A stretch of 64,000 nt of DNA from Halocafeteria seosinensis (GCA_001687465.1 LVLI01000172.1:248001-312000); one strand, 5' to 3'; shown: positions 1-14,500, counted from the first letter of the stretch. Notes: a model not told the origin generated them from the letters alone. Made by a program: numbers and translations.

Positions 1-118
1 CATGACCAACAATGCTCTCATTTCATGTTGTATATGCGTTTTACACTTAAGTATATGAAACAGACGGATCGTTCACTTCTAGCCGTAGCATCTAATGCAA
101 GCATCACACCGCTAGCCT

Positions 119-2076
119 TTATACCTTGAAGAAAAATTCGTTTTCAAGGTTCATAGACCTGTTGTTGTTCCGCGCATTTCCAACCAAAAGGGCATAATAT
201 GCTGCCACCGGGTATACATGTCCATGCACTTCCTCCGGAGCAGCTACCGGCAGCAAACCAACTTCGGTCAAGTAACTTGCGCAAGGTGACTTCGTCAACA
301 TTCATTTGGTCCTGAAGTTCTCAAATCTGCTCCAATCGGTCAGCTGGATCTGCTTCAGATCCAGTGCATTATCTTCACTAAGCGCTTTGCGGAATAAAGA
401 CATGTTCTCTTCGTAGATGCTGGACCGGTTTCGGGTAGGGTTCACCCCTCACACAGCGTAGCGTAGTCTGTAGCAGACACGTCTTCCGGTAGGAGCAATA
501 ATAATACACTCGCAGAGTAGATCAATCCGAGTATTACTTGATCTGCGTACTTAAGTGTGCCTTTAGTAAAACTCAGCATACGTCTTCGTAGGAGTGTGCG
601 CAACACAGGACGTTAGAAATGTCTTCCGACGACAATGTATACTGTGTACTGTAATTCCCAACAGCAGTACCGTAGGTTTGCTTCTGAACAAGAGTCTTCT
701 AACGGAAAAGCTAAAATGATCATCGGATACGGGTTTTTGCCGGCATGCTGTTTTGGCATTGTTGCGTATATTGGCTCCAAACCCTGTCCGTGCAGTTTCT
801 TATGCATCGATTTTTGACGATCCCCAAAGCGCATGATACTACAGACGGTATGGGGAACATAGGCTACATAGCCGTGGATCTCTTTTATCCTTTTGCGTAT
901 ATACTGTCTCTAGAATTGGTGCCCAGGTCAGCGGTCTTTAGAATATTGAACGTGACCCGTGATTTTTCACTGAACTACGAAAAAGCGAAGACAGAACCCA
1001 ATAAACTTGTTGCTATTATTCGGTCGCAATAAAGCAATGAGACGGCATCGGGGAGGCCCCAGGACAAGACTTTATGTCAGATGGATGATGAAGGGATACC
1101 GAATGTTCCCGCGACAAAACATATACAATTGTACCATATGCACGAATTTTCCTGTCCAATATACAATTTCCGAGCACGACCAATTTTGGTGGCGTATGGG
1201 AACCATGCCGAGATTGGAATGATCGTTCCCATTGTCATACAGATCGCATTTCTTGTATATTCCTGTTTGGAAACATGTCTTTTCTTTGATTCTGAGCTGA
1301 TGGCGCTTTTGTCTGTGCCAGAAATGTTTACACTTCTTGCCAAGGCATCCTGAGAACCGTTCCGAACGCCCAGTAAAGTGAAGACCAAGGGAATGGTAGC
1401 TGGGTTCTGTACCCTTGGTGCTGGCAAGTCGGGATACTTACTTCGATTGGTGCAGTCCAATGCGAACAGGGACGAAATTTTTATTACATTTGCCATTCAT
1501 AGTGAAGATAGGCAACTGATGCTGCTTCCGTAACTTCCGTTCTGGGAGAAAATCCTCTACTGTTGTACCAATGGTTACCCTGAAGGTGTACAGGTGCGGC
1601 AAGAAGCAGGGTACAAGTTTGTACCAAACTGGAGGATCTTGATGGTGTAAACCTTCTGGTCCAGTCGGCAATTTTAGCTCATACATTGCTATATCTCCAC
1701 GCAAGAGAATAGCATCCGGAGCCGGTACGTTGCTAGTTGCCGGCTGCCGCATTCTCCTGAGGTGCTTTTGTGCCTTCTCATATGCTTCACCTTCAACAAG
1801 GCGTATCCCCCATGTCAAACCACACAGGGAGTGTTGGACTCAATTCCTCGATAGCGGGCGCTGAGGATATGATCAAAAGAAACTAACCACTGCCACCACT
1901 ACCTGAGATGAGACGACACCAACGCATATTAGAACTTGCTTGCAGCAACGGGGAGATTCCTCTATCCTCGTCTTCGTGACACCGTCTCGAATGCGAACGC
2001 AATGATACACCGTTGGCAGATTCTCGTCCCTATTGGACTCATAATAACCGATGTACCCATTGCAACAACTTTCCAT
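119..2076 (-). pseudogene. Possible degraded or fragmented coding remnant
   Basis: Several short, protein-like minus-strand ORFs in different frames, one with PDAILLRGDIAMYELK. No coherent spliced model could be built. Confidence 0.2.
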
Positions 2077-3085
2077 CCACTGATACCTCTTGGCAGTGAT
2101 GAACTAAATCACATCGTTCAGTTCACAGTGAAGCTCAAAGCTGGCAGAGCATTTGCCAAACTTGTGGCACTAACCTGGTACAACGTGCCGTGTTTCTACG
2201 AGCCAAGGCAGGTTTCCCTGGAGTTACAGCTAAACTGTCACCAGACGGTGGTTAAATGGAGAAGAAGTAAAGGTTTTCATGTCCCGGAATTTTGTTTCAC
2301 GGACAGTGACACTTTTTGATTTTGTACTGATAGCAATGATGTCCCTGCCTCGCACATATCTCGAAGCGTTACGTTACAAATGCAACCTTTGTGGCACGTC
2401 GCACGATTGGCGTGGTCGGTGCGAGAGCTTCGAAGAAAACAATCTTTTCTTGTTCAGGCACACGACGTTAGTTTTGCTTGCTCTGAAGCTGTGTAGCTTA
2501 GTAGCGCCTCTCATGCTGTTGTTGGGGTATTGCACGCCCTTGTATTCCCAATCATACCGTCAGTTTGCTCTTATTCGGTCTGTATCCAGTGGTATTGGTT
2601 GTTATGAGGTGTTGTGAGGCTGGGGCTCCCTCGATGCTTTTGATCTCGATCTCGTACCTCTCTGCCTGTTAAGTTCGGATTTTCTGGTTGTGTATAGGTG
2701 TATAAACACTTAACGTAAGTATGGAATGTGTTCATTTTGTTTCACGTAGATTCTTAAGGATGCTAGAGGGTCTGGAAGTCTAGGTCGTGCTTGCCCCCTG
2801 TGAAGCTCGTACCCCAGGTCAATCTGAACCCCTGGACCGCCCCTGGTGGCCTCAGGGGGCCCCTTTTTTGTGGTTCCGAGGCTGTTTTGGATTTCAAATC
2901 AGAGATTTCTCGCGGTTGGAATCAACGCGGAAGTGTCCAGGGGGATCCACTGTGTCACGTTGCTTGTGGTCTGAGCACCGTTTTGGTGTCCCGAGCAGTA
3001 CGCACTAAGCGTTGCTGAAATCTCGAACTAGGTCCCTTTATTTTGCGAATGGATGCGAGCTGCAGAGTAGTGTAATCCGACGGAT

Positions 3086-6000
3086 ATGACAGGTTCCAAG
3101 CAGCCTGATACTCTCAAGGGGGAGGCCAAAAGGTGAGGATTCCATGGAATTTTGATTAGCGTTGGCTAAAATTGTATTTTTTGCCTTCTGCAATACGGGT
3201 TTCTCAGTACCCTGCAATCATGGATCGAAAATCAGCGTGCTCGACTTCGCGACTGGCATCAGGGTGATGGCGAAGGTGGTGTGAGCGTAAGTTGACCGCT
3301 AACTTTACTTCTTTCTTCTTGGGTATTGTGGTCACTAAATGAAATCTTTCGGCGCATTTCCAGGGTGGAGATGATGCTCCATCGTTACTTGCTGCGGACG
3401 CTAGGGGTGTTGACAGTGGCTGGAGTGGGGAGGCTGCAGTAAAGACGTTAGCGAACTCTTACAGGTCGTCTGCTTCTTATCAGGAACATTTTGGAGAAGG
3501 CGTTACGGAGCTGGCTATGCTTCTTCGAAGAAAGACTACTGCTTTGCAAAAGCTAAAGCAGCTTGAGGTTTCGGCTATGGATTTCAACGGGAGAAAAACA
3601 GAAAGAGTGCCTGTGAAGAGGCCGGAGCCGCCCCGAAAGAAGACAAATTGGGACTTCCTCTTAGAAGAAGGGTGTTGGTTAGCAAATGACTTCCATGGAG
3701 AACGAGTTTGGAAGATTGTGAGTGCGAGAGAGCTAGCAAAGGATTGCAAGAGAGCGGTGAGACGCAGGAAGCAGCGTCCACGGTCTGCTAGAGTGAAAAG
3801 ATCAGCCGCTTCGACTTGCAGTTCTGAGGCAGGTACTAGCTCCTCCGGGCAAACTGCTGTACCATCGAAGCAGGGAGAACGTTCTCTATCGGATCTGGTT
3901 TCTCTTGGACGCTCTATCTGTTATGCAATATTTGGAAAATCTCAGTATTCTCACTTGTCACAGATCCAAAGCTTGCGACAGCAAGTGACTGAGGGTGAGA
4001 CCCTGTCTCAGAAAGTTCCTGCTTTCAATTGTTGTAGAAGTGCGTTTCTAGAAGTTCTCAATCGGTTACCATCTAACGTCCGTGGACTGTTACGTCCCTA
4101 CCAAGTGGCTGGCTTGTTTTGGTGGTGGAATATGGTTCACAATGATCTTGGGACTGTGTTCAATGACGAGCGGGGTTTAGGGAAGAAGGTTATGACTATA
4201 TGTGGGGCTTCCATGCTTCTGAATCATACCACTCGGAGAGCTGGCAACAGTAACTCGGGAACGGCATTGATATTGTGCGCAGACTCTTTAATCAGTAACT
4301 GGCATCGACAGCTTAGTTGCTGGGCACCCCAATTTAGTGTTACAACCACTTTAGGAAAGCGGATGAGAGAGTTTGATTTCGTTTTGACTTCTCCCCGAAG
4401 ACTACGAGAGTCTATAGGATATAGTGTTGCTGAAGATGTAAATGCGATGGACGGTAATTCAGGCTCAAAGAAATGTAGCTCCGTGCCTGAAGTGTTCCGC
4501 CAGTGGGAGATCATTGTGCTAGACATGACAATGTGTACATGGAAATCTGAAGATGTTACTCTCGGCTGGAGTACGATCCGAAGTGCTAGTGGAAGAGTTA
4601 AGGATGAATCTAAATACCAGAGTGAGCTGGTTCCGCCATGGAAATTCCTTTCCAATGTGCACTACCGACACCGAGTCTGCTTGTGCGACCGTTGGCCTTC
4701 CACCACTGTGGCTGGTCACATAATGAATTTTATACTGCCGCGCGCGGATTCTGCGGAAGAAACTGAAGAGAGCATCCAACGCTCTTTAGAACCATTTGTC
4801 CTCAGACGAAGGATATCTGATGACGGAATCGCTCCTCAGTTGCCACTGCCTTATACGCAGACGGTGCTTTGCTCCGCTTCTTCTCTTCAAAGGGCGAGCA
4901 CTGGAACGTTGCTCAGTCGTGTATCAAACGTTAAGCTTAGTCTTTCAGACGGCAATGCCTCAAACGCCGCAAAGTTCCAGAAGCTTTTCCAGTGGATGGC
5001 TGCTGCCCATGCTGTCGCTCAACACCCCTCCTTACTTTCTACTTACTACGACGAAGAGTCTCTTGCCGCTGGTAAGTTCTCTTCCGTCTTTGGAGGGATA
5101 AATGAGCGCGTGCTGCGTACACAGATACTTGACGTGACCTTGAGTCTATGCCCCGAGACCTTTATAAGCAGTCAATGGAACTCCCCCAAGGAAGAGATAC
5201 CATGTGGCTTCAGTACTCATGTAAAATCGCTGCGTTGCATCTTACTACAGCCGGATTGGGGCATTGCGACTCTTGCAAGGGAAGGACGTTACGCAGCTTG
5301 CGTTGAGCAGTTTGCGGATGTGCAGCACGCAATGGACTCTGCAAGTAAGGCGCGCTGTGCAGCTTTGAGCTCTCACGTTGCCAAACTCGCTAGGTCAGCG
5401 CGGCATTTCGAATGGATAGACAAAAGACCTAGTGAAGTGTTTGCAGCTGACATGTATGGAAAGAGTTTGTTGAGGCTTGACGGCCTCGTCAATTGTGAAT
5501 TCAGCCGTTTGAGTTTCGAAGGAGTACCTGCGTGGCAGATCCCCGGGCGCGAACGCCAACGCCCATACCCCCTGGTAAATCCGAGTCCAGCCGTGGTTGA
5601 CTACACAGGGTCCAGTGGCAAGTTTCGCGCACTACATAGCATCCTTTCAGAGGCTCGAAGCCATGGAGAAAAGGTCTTGCTCCTAACAAGTCTTCCGCAC
5701 CTAGCAACAATGACGAAACATTTTTTCTCTGCGTGTGGCATCTGCTCAACACTGCTCAATGAATCACGTGGAGATCAGTTGCTTCCTATGCTATCAGAGA
5801 CAGCGACATCCGAGTTCGATACCAGTAGTAGAGCTCGAGCCGGAATTTTAGCTGTACCTGGATACGGAGAGTCCAGTTGTGGCTCCGCTAACTTTGCTCC
5901 CCGTAATCATGCTGTGACTGCCCCGCTTGACGGAACTTCTCGATACGGAGACATACACTTTGGAGCGAATCTCCCCTGTAGTGTAACTGTAGTCGTTCTC

Positions 6001-9000
6001 TTAGATGTGTTTTTGATGCCCAGTGCGGCTAACACGCTGGCTAATATGCTGGACAAACTTTCAGCTGCAAAAACTATACGGATTATCCAACTGGCTACAC
6101 TAGGCACCATCGAAGAGGCTTGTCTTAATGTTTGGTCGGGCGCATCTTCAGACAATGCTATTGTGCAGGCGAGCGCTGGGGAGGGGCATCCAGGGTTGAA
6201 GGTACACACGGGAGATACCGGAGGCCTGCATTCGTTGCAATTGACTTATGCCGAACGAGAAGAAGAGAGTTTGTCAAATGACACTGCAAGTAATGAATAT
6301 CGAAAGGCGCTTGGTGATGCTACAGTTTCGCGGCGGGAAGCCCGACTTCGGGCGATTCAGAACATCACTAACGATACAGATAAATGGTCTATCAGTCCCG
6401 AACAGGATCGAAACAATGTTGTTAGTCATGGACTACTGGCATACACTAATGGCATAACTCCGTCATTGCTATCGTGTATTGATGTGGGGTCCCTAGTTGC
6501 TGGAAGAGTGTACGCACGCGGAGCTGAGGGCTCTTCCAATGCTGCGGAAGGACTGACATCGGCACTACAGTCCATCGTGTGGAATGGTAAAGGTGCCACT
6601 GTTGAGCAAAGCAGATTGTTCTTTGAAAACTGTTTGGTTGAGGCCTTTGTTCCCCCTGAGTACCGTGTTTCCTTACAAAGTGAGGAAGTGGGCGAGCTGC
6701 TCCAGCGCAGCATTGAGTCTCTTCAATGGGCTAGTGAGCAAACGTCTTTCCGGCTTCGGGGTGATTGCGACGACTTAAAGAAACGTCCTGCGCCGTGTCA
6801 GAGTGAACAGGAGTCACTTCCTCTTACCTATAGTGTCAGCCATAGCAGACTTGGCGGAGACACAGCGCTATTGAGTGCGGCCTCGCTTGCTCAACCTCCT
6901 CAAAATAGCTTAATAAGCTCCGCAGTGGACTCTTTTAGGATTAACGCTTTCCAGAAGAACGTTGTGGAAAAGCTGGCTTCCGTTGTAGAGGCCTTGTCGA
7001 TAATGCAGGACGAAGGAATTATCCACTTCAGTAGACTTTTTGGACCGCCTAATCCTGATGCCAAAGCTGTGCATTCGTCGTGCACTGTTGCGGATCCCTC
7101 TCGCGCCGATGCAGTTAGGAGAAAATGTGATGCTCTCCGGAAGCGAGTTGGCGTTTTCCAGCACGCTACTCGGCTGAAAGCAGGTCAACGTAACGCTCTG
7201 CCTGCGATTGGTAAGGGTTCCGGGGCGGCTCTTACCATGGTTCATAGCTTGTCGCAGTGTCATCGGATTCCTGCTGACGCTATAGCCGATTTGACGAGCT
7301 TGCAGAAGGAAACTTCTAGCGAGCAAATGGGTAAAGGCGCAGCCAATGGCTCTTCAATGGCATCGGCTCCATATGGTATTGCTGACGGCTGCAACTCAGA
7401 TTTTTCGGTTAGTAGAATGTGGTGCAGTCATCTCCTGGCTCCACCGGAGCCAGCTTCGAAAGTGCCGCGGAGGGTTGTACAAGCTATACAGACGAAGGAG
7501 CAGTACCTTCAAACCGCTAAACAAGCCTCTTTAAGCGTTATTACACGGTGTGTCAGTTTATCTTCAGCTAGCCAAATTGTCAGACGCGTTAGATCTGGAG
7601 GTCACCGTAGCGGACTTGGGATACCTCCTGAATCGAAACTTTCCTTTGTAATGAGGTCGTTAAGTGCCCTCGGAGGAATTTCATTTTCATCCCTGTTGTT
7701 CACACACGTCAGCCAGACCAAGATTGAATCTTCTAGCAGCTCGACAACGGCATACAATTCAAAAAAGTTACGATTGCTCCCCTCAGCGGTGAATCGCGCA
7801 TTGTTTCCGATTGGACTTGCATCGCAGTGTGCACAAGGGTGCAGTACAACAGCAGGGGCAGCGCCGTTGATTTGCGGTTCCCATGGGGCCAGCCGCGCAC
7901 TGGCTCGGGCCTACGCACTGTACTTCGTTTCCTCGGTAGATGAAAATCAACCATATGCCCTTCCAAGTGGTGTAAGAGAGGGCTGGGAACCATGGGAAGA
8001 TTACTTAATTCTTTCCTTGGTTCGCGACTTCGGATCAAATTGGGACTTCGTGAATACGGCCTTTCAGAACCACCCATTTGTGCGTACAGCTTCTGCAGAG
8101 GCTGCTTCTTCCCAGTTGAAGGTCGCTCAGCGCGTAGAACTCGGGTCAGGCCGAAGTGCAGGCTATGTGTCTACTGCTTTTGACCTGGGTAGGAATCGTT
8201 CAAGAGGAATGCATAATATTTATTACAGACATCGCCGTCTTGTGGCATCTCATCTCCCACATGGTCTATGGGGAATGTTGTCTAAGAGGGATGCATTTTT
8301 GACAACAACGGGCCGGGCCTACGAGATGTATCCTCCTGACTTGGAATCTTTAGGGAAGACTCCGAAGTATTACATAGACGAAGTCAATACCCCAAAAGAA
8401 AGATTCAGTGGATCAGTATTCTTCCGACCCTCTCCACTAACGCAACAGGTGATATCGTCTGCCGTTCGTACTTCCTTGGAATCCAGAATCGAAACACCGG
8501 AAGCAGTTCCCGAAGAAGCACTAGTGTCGTTCCGGACTAAGGCACACACACTAGCAGCCCAATGGGAAGAGGATGTGCAAAGAGCCAATGGACGAGGAGG
8601 CGACCAGAAGCGGTCAAGCCCATCTTGCATTTACGAAGAAATTATACGTCCTCACAACTACAGCGAGAAGATGAGGTCGCACAGGGAGCCTACACCATTT
8701 AAGCAAACGCCGTCTTCTGTCCATGCCGCTCGCAATAGCGCACGCAGTCGTGGTCAGCCCACCAGTGGGGCCAGCCGATCTGGCAGTGTTGCGAGCCAGA
8801 AGTACGCAGGGGGCTCAAGTTACTTGAATTCTCAGGTGGCCGCGGGCTCTCAGCTCCAAACCAGTACTCAACCTGCACGTGTTAACCTTAAACTGGGTCC
8901 AGACACTTCACATGGGTACGGTTCGGCGCAAAGTAGGCAAGCTCGGACTCCTCACGTTTCTCTTAACATTCCTGGTTCTGGGCCGACACCAAACCTATCT

Positions 9001-9549
9001 TCGATGAAGGATTCTTTTGCCGGTGCTTCGCATCCGGCGGCGTTTTCCGCCCCTTCTGTAACTGCTACTATTGACAATAACAGTTCATCAAGTGCGCTAG
9101 CGCCCAACGGGGTAGAAAAGAAAGTGAGCCGTAGTGGAAGCGGAGGTAGCGCAATTGCTTCTCGTAAACGAGCTGCTCCAGAGGCTTCCTCTCAACCCCC
9201 CGCCTCCTCCCCAGCAGGTGCTGTGAAGAAGCGTAAACAAAGTCGCTCGAAGAGTTCGAACCGAGGACGCACTGGGTCTAGAGACTCTGGTCAGTCTACA
9301 CGTGGATTTCCCGTAGGTGGTCCACAGCCGCCATTTACACCGACAGAAACTGTAACTGCCGCTCAGGAATCAGCGTCACAGTCAATGCCAAATGCTGGTG
9401 AGGACTACCAACAGTGGTTGGCCAATCTTCTGGAGGACAAAGATTTAGCACCAAAAATAATTGAGGCCTCTAACGATCCTACATTAGATGATGATGCTAA
9501 GGCCGCCCGGATCGAGCAAGTAGTGAAAGAGTACACTCAAAATCGATAG
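3086..9549 (+). CDS. HSA-domain, SNF2-like (degenerate) and SANT/Myb-like chromatin remodeller, SWR1/PIE1/p400/EAF1-related
   Basis: 2010-aa ORF extended by two inferred exons (3086-3132, 3208-3286, then 3364-9549; GT-AG introns, frame preserved). HSA motif PEPPRKKTNWDFLLEEGCWLANDF..ER, SNF2-like LRPYQVAGLFW...DERGLGK, LEPFVLRR and SGKFRALHSIL, and SANT-like WEPWEDYLILSLVRDFGSNWDFV. Confidence 0.75.
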
Positions 9550-9620
9550 AATAGGGATGTATATAAATATGTACATGACACTTTATATTGGTATATGGTG
9601 TGTTCGGTTCGCTTTTCCAA

Positions 9621-11206
9621 CTACTTTTTAGAAGCTTCTCGAGGGACAAAAGCTTGTATACCTGTAATTGCGCGCCCTAATATCAGCGCATGTATGTCGT
9701 GGGTTCCTTCGTATGTGTTAACGGCCTCAAGGTTCATTACGTGACGAATGATATGATATTCGTCACTAATACCATTACCCCCAAGCATATCCCTCGCTTC
9801 GCGGGCAATGCTCAGAGCTTTTCCGCAGTTGTTTCGCTTCATCATACTAATCATCTCCGGAGGGCACTTCTCACCGTACTCCGATTTCTTTCTAGCGACC
9901 TGGATAGCACCTAATTGTCCAACGCTGATATCTGTGAGCATATCCGCTAGTTTCTTTTGAACCAGCTGGTTTGCTGCCAAGGGCGCTCCAAACTGCTTCC
10001 GCCCTAGCGTGTAGTCACGAGCTGTCTCATAACAAAATTCTGCCGCACCCAGGGAGCCAAACGCAATACCAAGACGCGCTGAGTTCAAACATGAAAATGG
10101 CCCTCCGAGGCCTTTGGCACGGGGCAGCATAGCCGATTCAGGAACGCGAACATCGTCCATGAAAATCATACCTGTTTCACTCGCCCTCAAACTAAACTTC
10201 CCCTCTAGACGTGGTGTAGAAATTCCTGGCATCTCTCGTTCCAAAACGAAGCCTCGAACTTCCCCGTCTTCTGTGCGGGCCCAAACAATGAAGACGTCAG
10301 CAATAGGGCTGTTGGTAATCCAATTTTTGGAGCCGTTAATAATATAATCCCCATCCGGTTGCTTGATTGCACGGGTGCTCATTGAGCTGGGATCGGATCC
10401 ATGATCTGGTTCCGTAAGACCGAACGCTCCCACAAGTTCTCCTGTGGCCAGTTTAGGAAGATACTGTTCAGATAACAAAAAGAAGCAACCCTTGCTGTAA
10501 CAGGAGCAAAACATCTTACGCAAGTTTTGATGCTTACCTTTTCTTTCTGCTCTTCCGAGCCAAATTTGTATATCGGATGCATAACCAGAGACGACTGAAC
10601 ACTCATGGCAGATCTATAACTGCTATCCACCTGCACAGGAGATACAATGTCGTAAGATGTTCTCGTGTCTCTGCAGAGGCGGCATAGACTTACCCTTTCG
10701 ACTTCCTTGGCAATTAACCCGTATGCTACCATGGAGGTTCCAGCACAGCCGTAGCCTTCAATCGTGGAACCTAGTAGTCCTAGCTCTCCCAATTCCTTCA
10801 TGATTTCCCGATCAAAGTGCTCCTTGCGGTTAGCTTCCAGAATGCGGGGCATCAATTTCTCCGAGCAATACGACCGGGCAGTCTCCTGCAGATACAATGT
10901 CAGAGAAAAGAGACATAAGTTGTGACTACACTTCGGGTTCCAGGAGCCTTCTGACGTCATGTATGGAGCAAATAATAGCAGAGTACGTACCTGAACCATG
11001 ATTTCTTCATCTGTTAGCAAGTGTTTCGCCAACAGAGCGTCCTGATAGTCGAACCTGGGAGCCGAAGCATCATCGGCAGACCCTTCTTGATGACTGAGAG
11101 ACGTAGTAAATGGGCTATACAAGGCAATAGGAGGCCGGGAATGGACTCGAACAGTGTTCCGCGGGAGGAGCCCAGACACGGATTTAGGGACTAAGCGGCG
11201 CAACAT
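9621..11206 (-). CDS. GCDH: Glutaryl-CoA dehydrogenase, mitochondrial
   Basis: Exons 11206-10991, 10885-10694, 10630-10538, 10463-9621. Motifs [63 protein letters not shown]; Arg-rich N-terminal presequence. Confidence 0.96.
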
Positions 11207-11592
11207 GTTTGCTACTACCCCCTGAAACTATGTGAACACACAGAGTACAATGTTTTACTTGATGATCAAATATAATTTTTTTTATCATCATCTATACTGC
11301 TGGATAGTACCCGGGTAGGCCAAGTTATTCAACCACAATAATACAACAATCATTTCGTTGCGTTGAAGTTGCGCACATCAAATGGCACGACGCCGACGAC
11401 GGTGGTGGTGGCGGTGGTGTATATACGCACGGAACGTCAGTATTGAGACGGTGAAACGGAATGTGTAGATAGTGGATGTGGATGTAGACATCGCTTTCTG
11501 CTGTTTCTGTCTGAAGGGGAAGTTTGCTGTAACTTCAACGTGGGAGCTGACTCACTCCATTTTCCCAGTCAAGAAGGCGTATATAGGGCATA

Positions 11593-14500
11593 ATGGCCCC
11601 TTCTTCCACCAAGAAACAAGTTCATCAGGGAAGTCAGCATACTGCCGAATCCGCAGGCGAGAGAAAGGAGCCAGAGGAGCAGGAGAAAGCGTCCTTTTCG
11701 AGCCGTGTCTGCGTCAAACAGCTTCCTAAATACGTCGATGAACAGCGTTTAAAGGATCATTTCCAAGCCAAAGGGACCATAACCGATGTTAAATTGCTTC
11801 GGAAAAAGTACGTGCAGCTTGATGTTGCGTCGGCTGAATTCAATTCATTAAATTCATGTGAGCCATTTGCCCTCGCTCCAGAGATGGACGTTCCCGGCAA
11901 TTAGCATTTGTTGGGTTCCGAACGCCAGAAGAAGCCCAAACAGTAGTCGAATATTTCGACAAGTCCAGGATCGATACAACTCCTATTCGAGTGGAATTTG
12001 CGAAGAAAGTACGTCGAGGCTGTGTGCGGAGCTTGAGTTTCTTGAATGAACGAAACGAAGTTCGCCCTTTTACAGATTGGCGAAGATGAGCGAGCAAAAT
12101 CCGACAAGGCAAAGGCACTGGCGAAGCAGCGTCAACACCCTAATGCCGCTAATAGTGATATCATGGGTGATGCGACCAAAGGTCAAGCGTCAGGCTCACG
12201 GTTTTCTGACCAACACCTGCAAACGATAATCAACCTCGCCTCCGAAAAGGGTATTGACATCCAGGGCGAGCAGTTCCGAGTACGTCATTTCTGCGAGGAG
12301 GCTCGCGCACATATATGGGCTTTGATTGTAATGCACTAGTTCTGTACTGAGTTTACAGGAATTTCTCTCCGTTATGAAGTCGCGAAAGCAATCTAAAGCC
12401 TGGGGCAACGACGACATGGCTTCCGAGCAGACCAGGACCATTCTGGACAGATTCTTGGAGAGAAAGGACAAGAAAGGACGCAAACCCTCCGCTAAGGAGA
12501 GTTCCAAGACGCACGAAAAGCAAGGAAAGAGGGAAGAACTTGAGAACAAGGAAGCTACAGAAGCAATCGAAGATGTAGAAGAGGACGAGCCTAGTGATGA
12601 AGAAAAAGAAGAGTCTAACGATGAAGATAAAACGACCGCACCAACTCAACACATGAGTGACTTAGACTTTCTCCGCAAGAAAATGAATGCTGACTTTTCT
12701 GACTCGGAATTCTCTGATGACGACGAGTCTGGCACCCAGCTGAATGGAAACTCCACACTTGAACAAAACAAAGAAAGCACGAATGTAGATATGTTGAAGG
12801 CTTCCTCGGATGAAGGGATTGCTGCTTCTTCCCACGAAGAGGGAGCGGTAAACCATACTGACACTAGGAATGAAAGTGGTGATAATGACGATGAGTCACT
12901 CATCGAAACCGGACGAATCTTCGTTCGAAATCTTCCATACTCATGCTCTTCCGAGGATGTGCAACAGTTTTTCCAGCATTACGGCGAAATAGCCGATGTT
13001 AATATTCCCGTAGACTCCTCAGGACGTTCTAAAGGTTTTGCCTACGTGACATTCATGATCCCCGAGCATGCTGTGACTGCTCTGTCTGAAGGTGACTCAT
13101 CAATTTTTCAAGGTCGGATCTTGCACATCTTGCCTGCGAAACCACTGCCTTCGGACGAGGAGCATGTGAAGCGTAAGCAACCTTCCACGTTTAAAGAACA
13201 GAAAGAGGAAGAACGGAAAGCCAAAGCGATTGGAGGTGAGGAGCGAAAAGCGTGGAATCCTCTTTTTGTTCGAAACGACACACTTGTTCGGTCAGTTGCT
13301 AACCGGATGGATATGAAGGAGGTATGACCGTTGCTCACTGGTTATTTAGCTTGAAGACCGTACCATTTCCCATCCTGGTTACTATTCCTTATGCAGGGAG
13401 ATATATTGGATAGAGAAAGCGATAATATGGCCGTTAGGATGGCGATGGCCGAGACCGCAGTGATAAAAGAGACCAAAGATTTTTTAGCAGAGGAAGGCGT
13501 TTCTGTCACGGCTTTGGAGAAAGCGCTGCGAGGCGAAGAAGTGAAACGAAGCGACAGAACAATACTCGTGAAGAATTTGCCCCACTCGGCAGCGGAGGCT
13601 TCCTTACGCAGCCTTTTTGGTCGTTGCGGACCTACCTTGCGTATTGTGCTACCGCCATCTAAAGTGATCGCTCTCATCGAGTTTGAGCAACCTTCTCATG
13701 CTAAGTAAGTAGGGGTTTGGCATTGGAAGCTATATGTTGGATTCGCTTTAATTTTGCTGCCTTTACAGGCGAGCCTTCAAATCTATGGCCTATGCACGGT
13801 ATGAGCGAGTTCCTTTGTATTTGGAATGGGCACCCGTTGAGACATTCGAGGAAAATCAAGACCCGGAAACAGTCAAAGAAAAACTGGCTCATGCGAATGG
13901 TGAGGTGACACAAGGAACTGATCAAGTGAAGGTGAAAGAGAGCAGCACTGAAGAAGCCCCCACGGTGGAGCGAAGTAACACAGTATTTGTTAAGAATCTT
14001 AATTTTTCTTCGACCGAGGAGGCTCTTAGAGACGTATTTTCTCGAGTTGGAGAAGTAAATGCGGTTAAAATACCGACACGAGCTAACCCAAAGGCTGGCA
14101 AGCAAGGCGAGCCTGAGCGGCTCTCTATGGGCTTCGGATTTGTAGAATTTTCTGACGAAGCAGCTGCTAAGGAAGCTATCAAGCGCTTGCAAGGTGTAGA
14201 ACTAGACGACCATGCACTAGAACTCAAAGTATCCGCAAAGACCGTCAAGCCTCAAAATCAAGTAAAGCGGAGAATGTCCTCCGGCGAGAAAGTCCAAGGC
14301 AACTCCACAAAGTTATTGGTGAAGAATCTCGCCTTCGAAGCCACGAAAAAAGACTTAACTTCTCTCTTTGGAGCATTTGGGGAGCTGAATAGCGTGCGGC
14401 TTCCTCGTAAGTCAGGTGGACGTCCTCGAGGATTTGGTTTTGTCGAGTTTGTGTCGCACCAGGAGGCAGTGAACGCACTAGAGAGTCTAGCAAGTACCCA

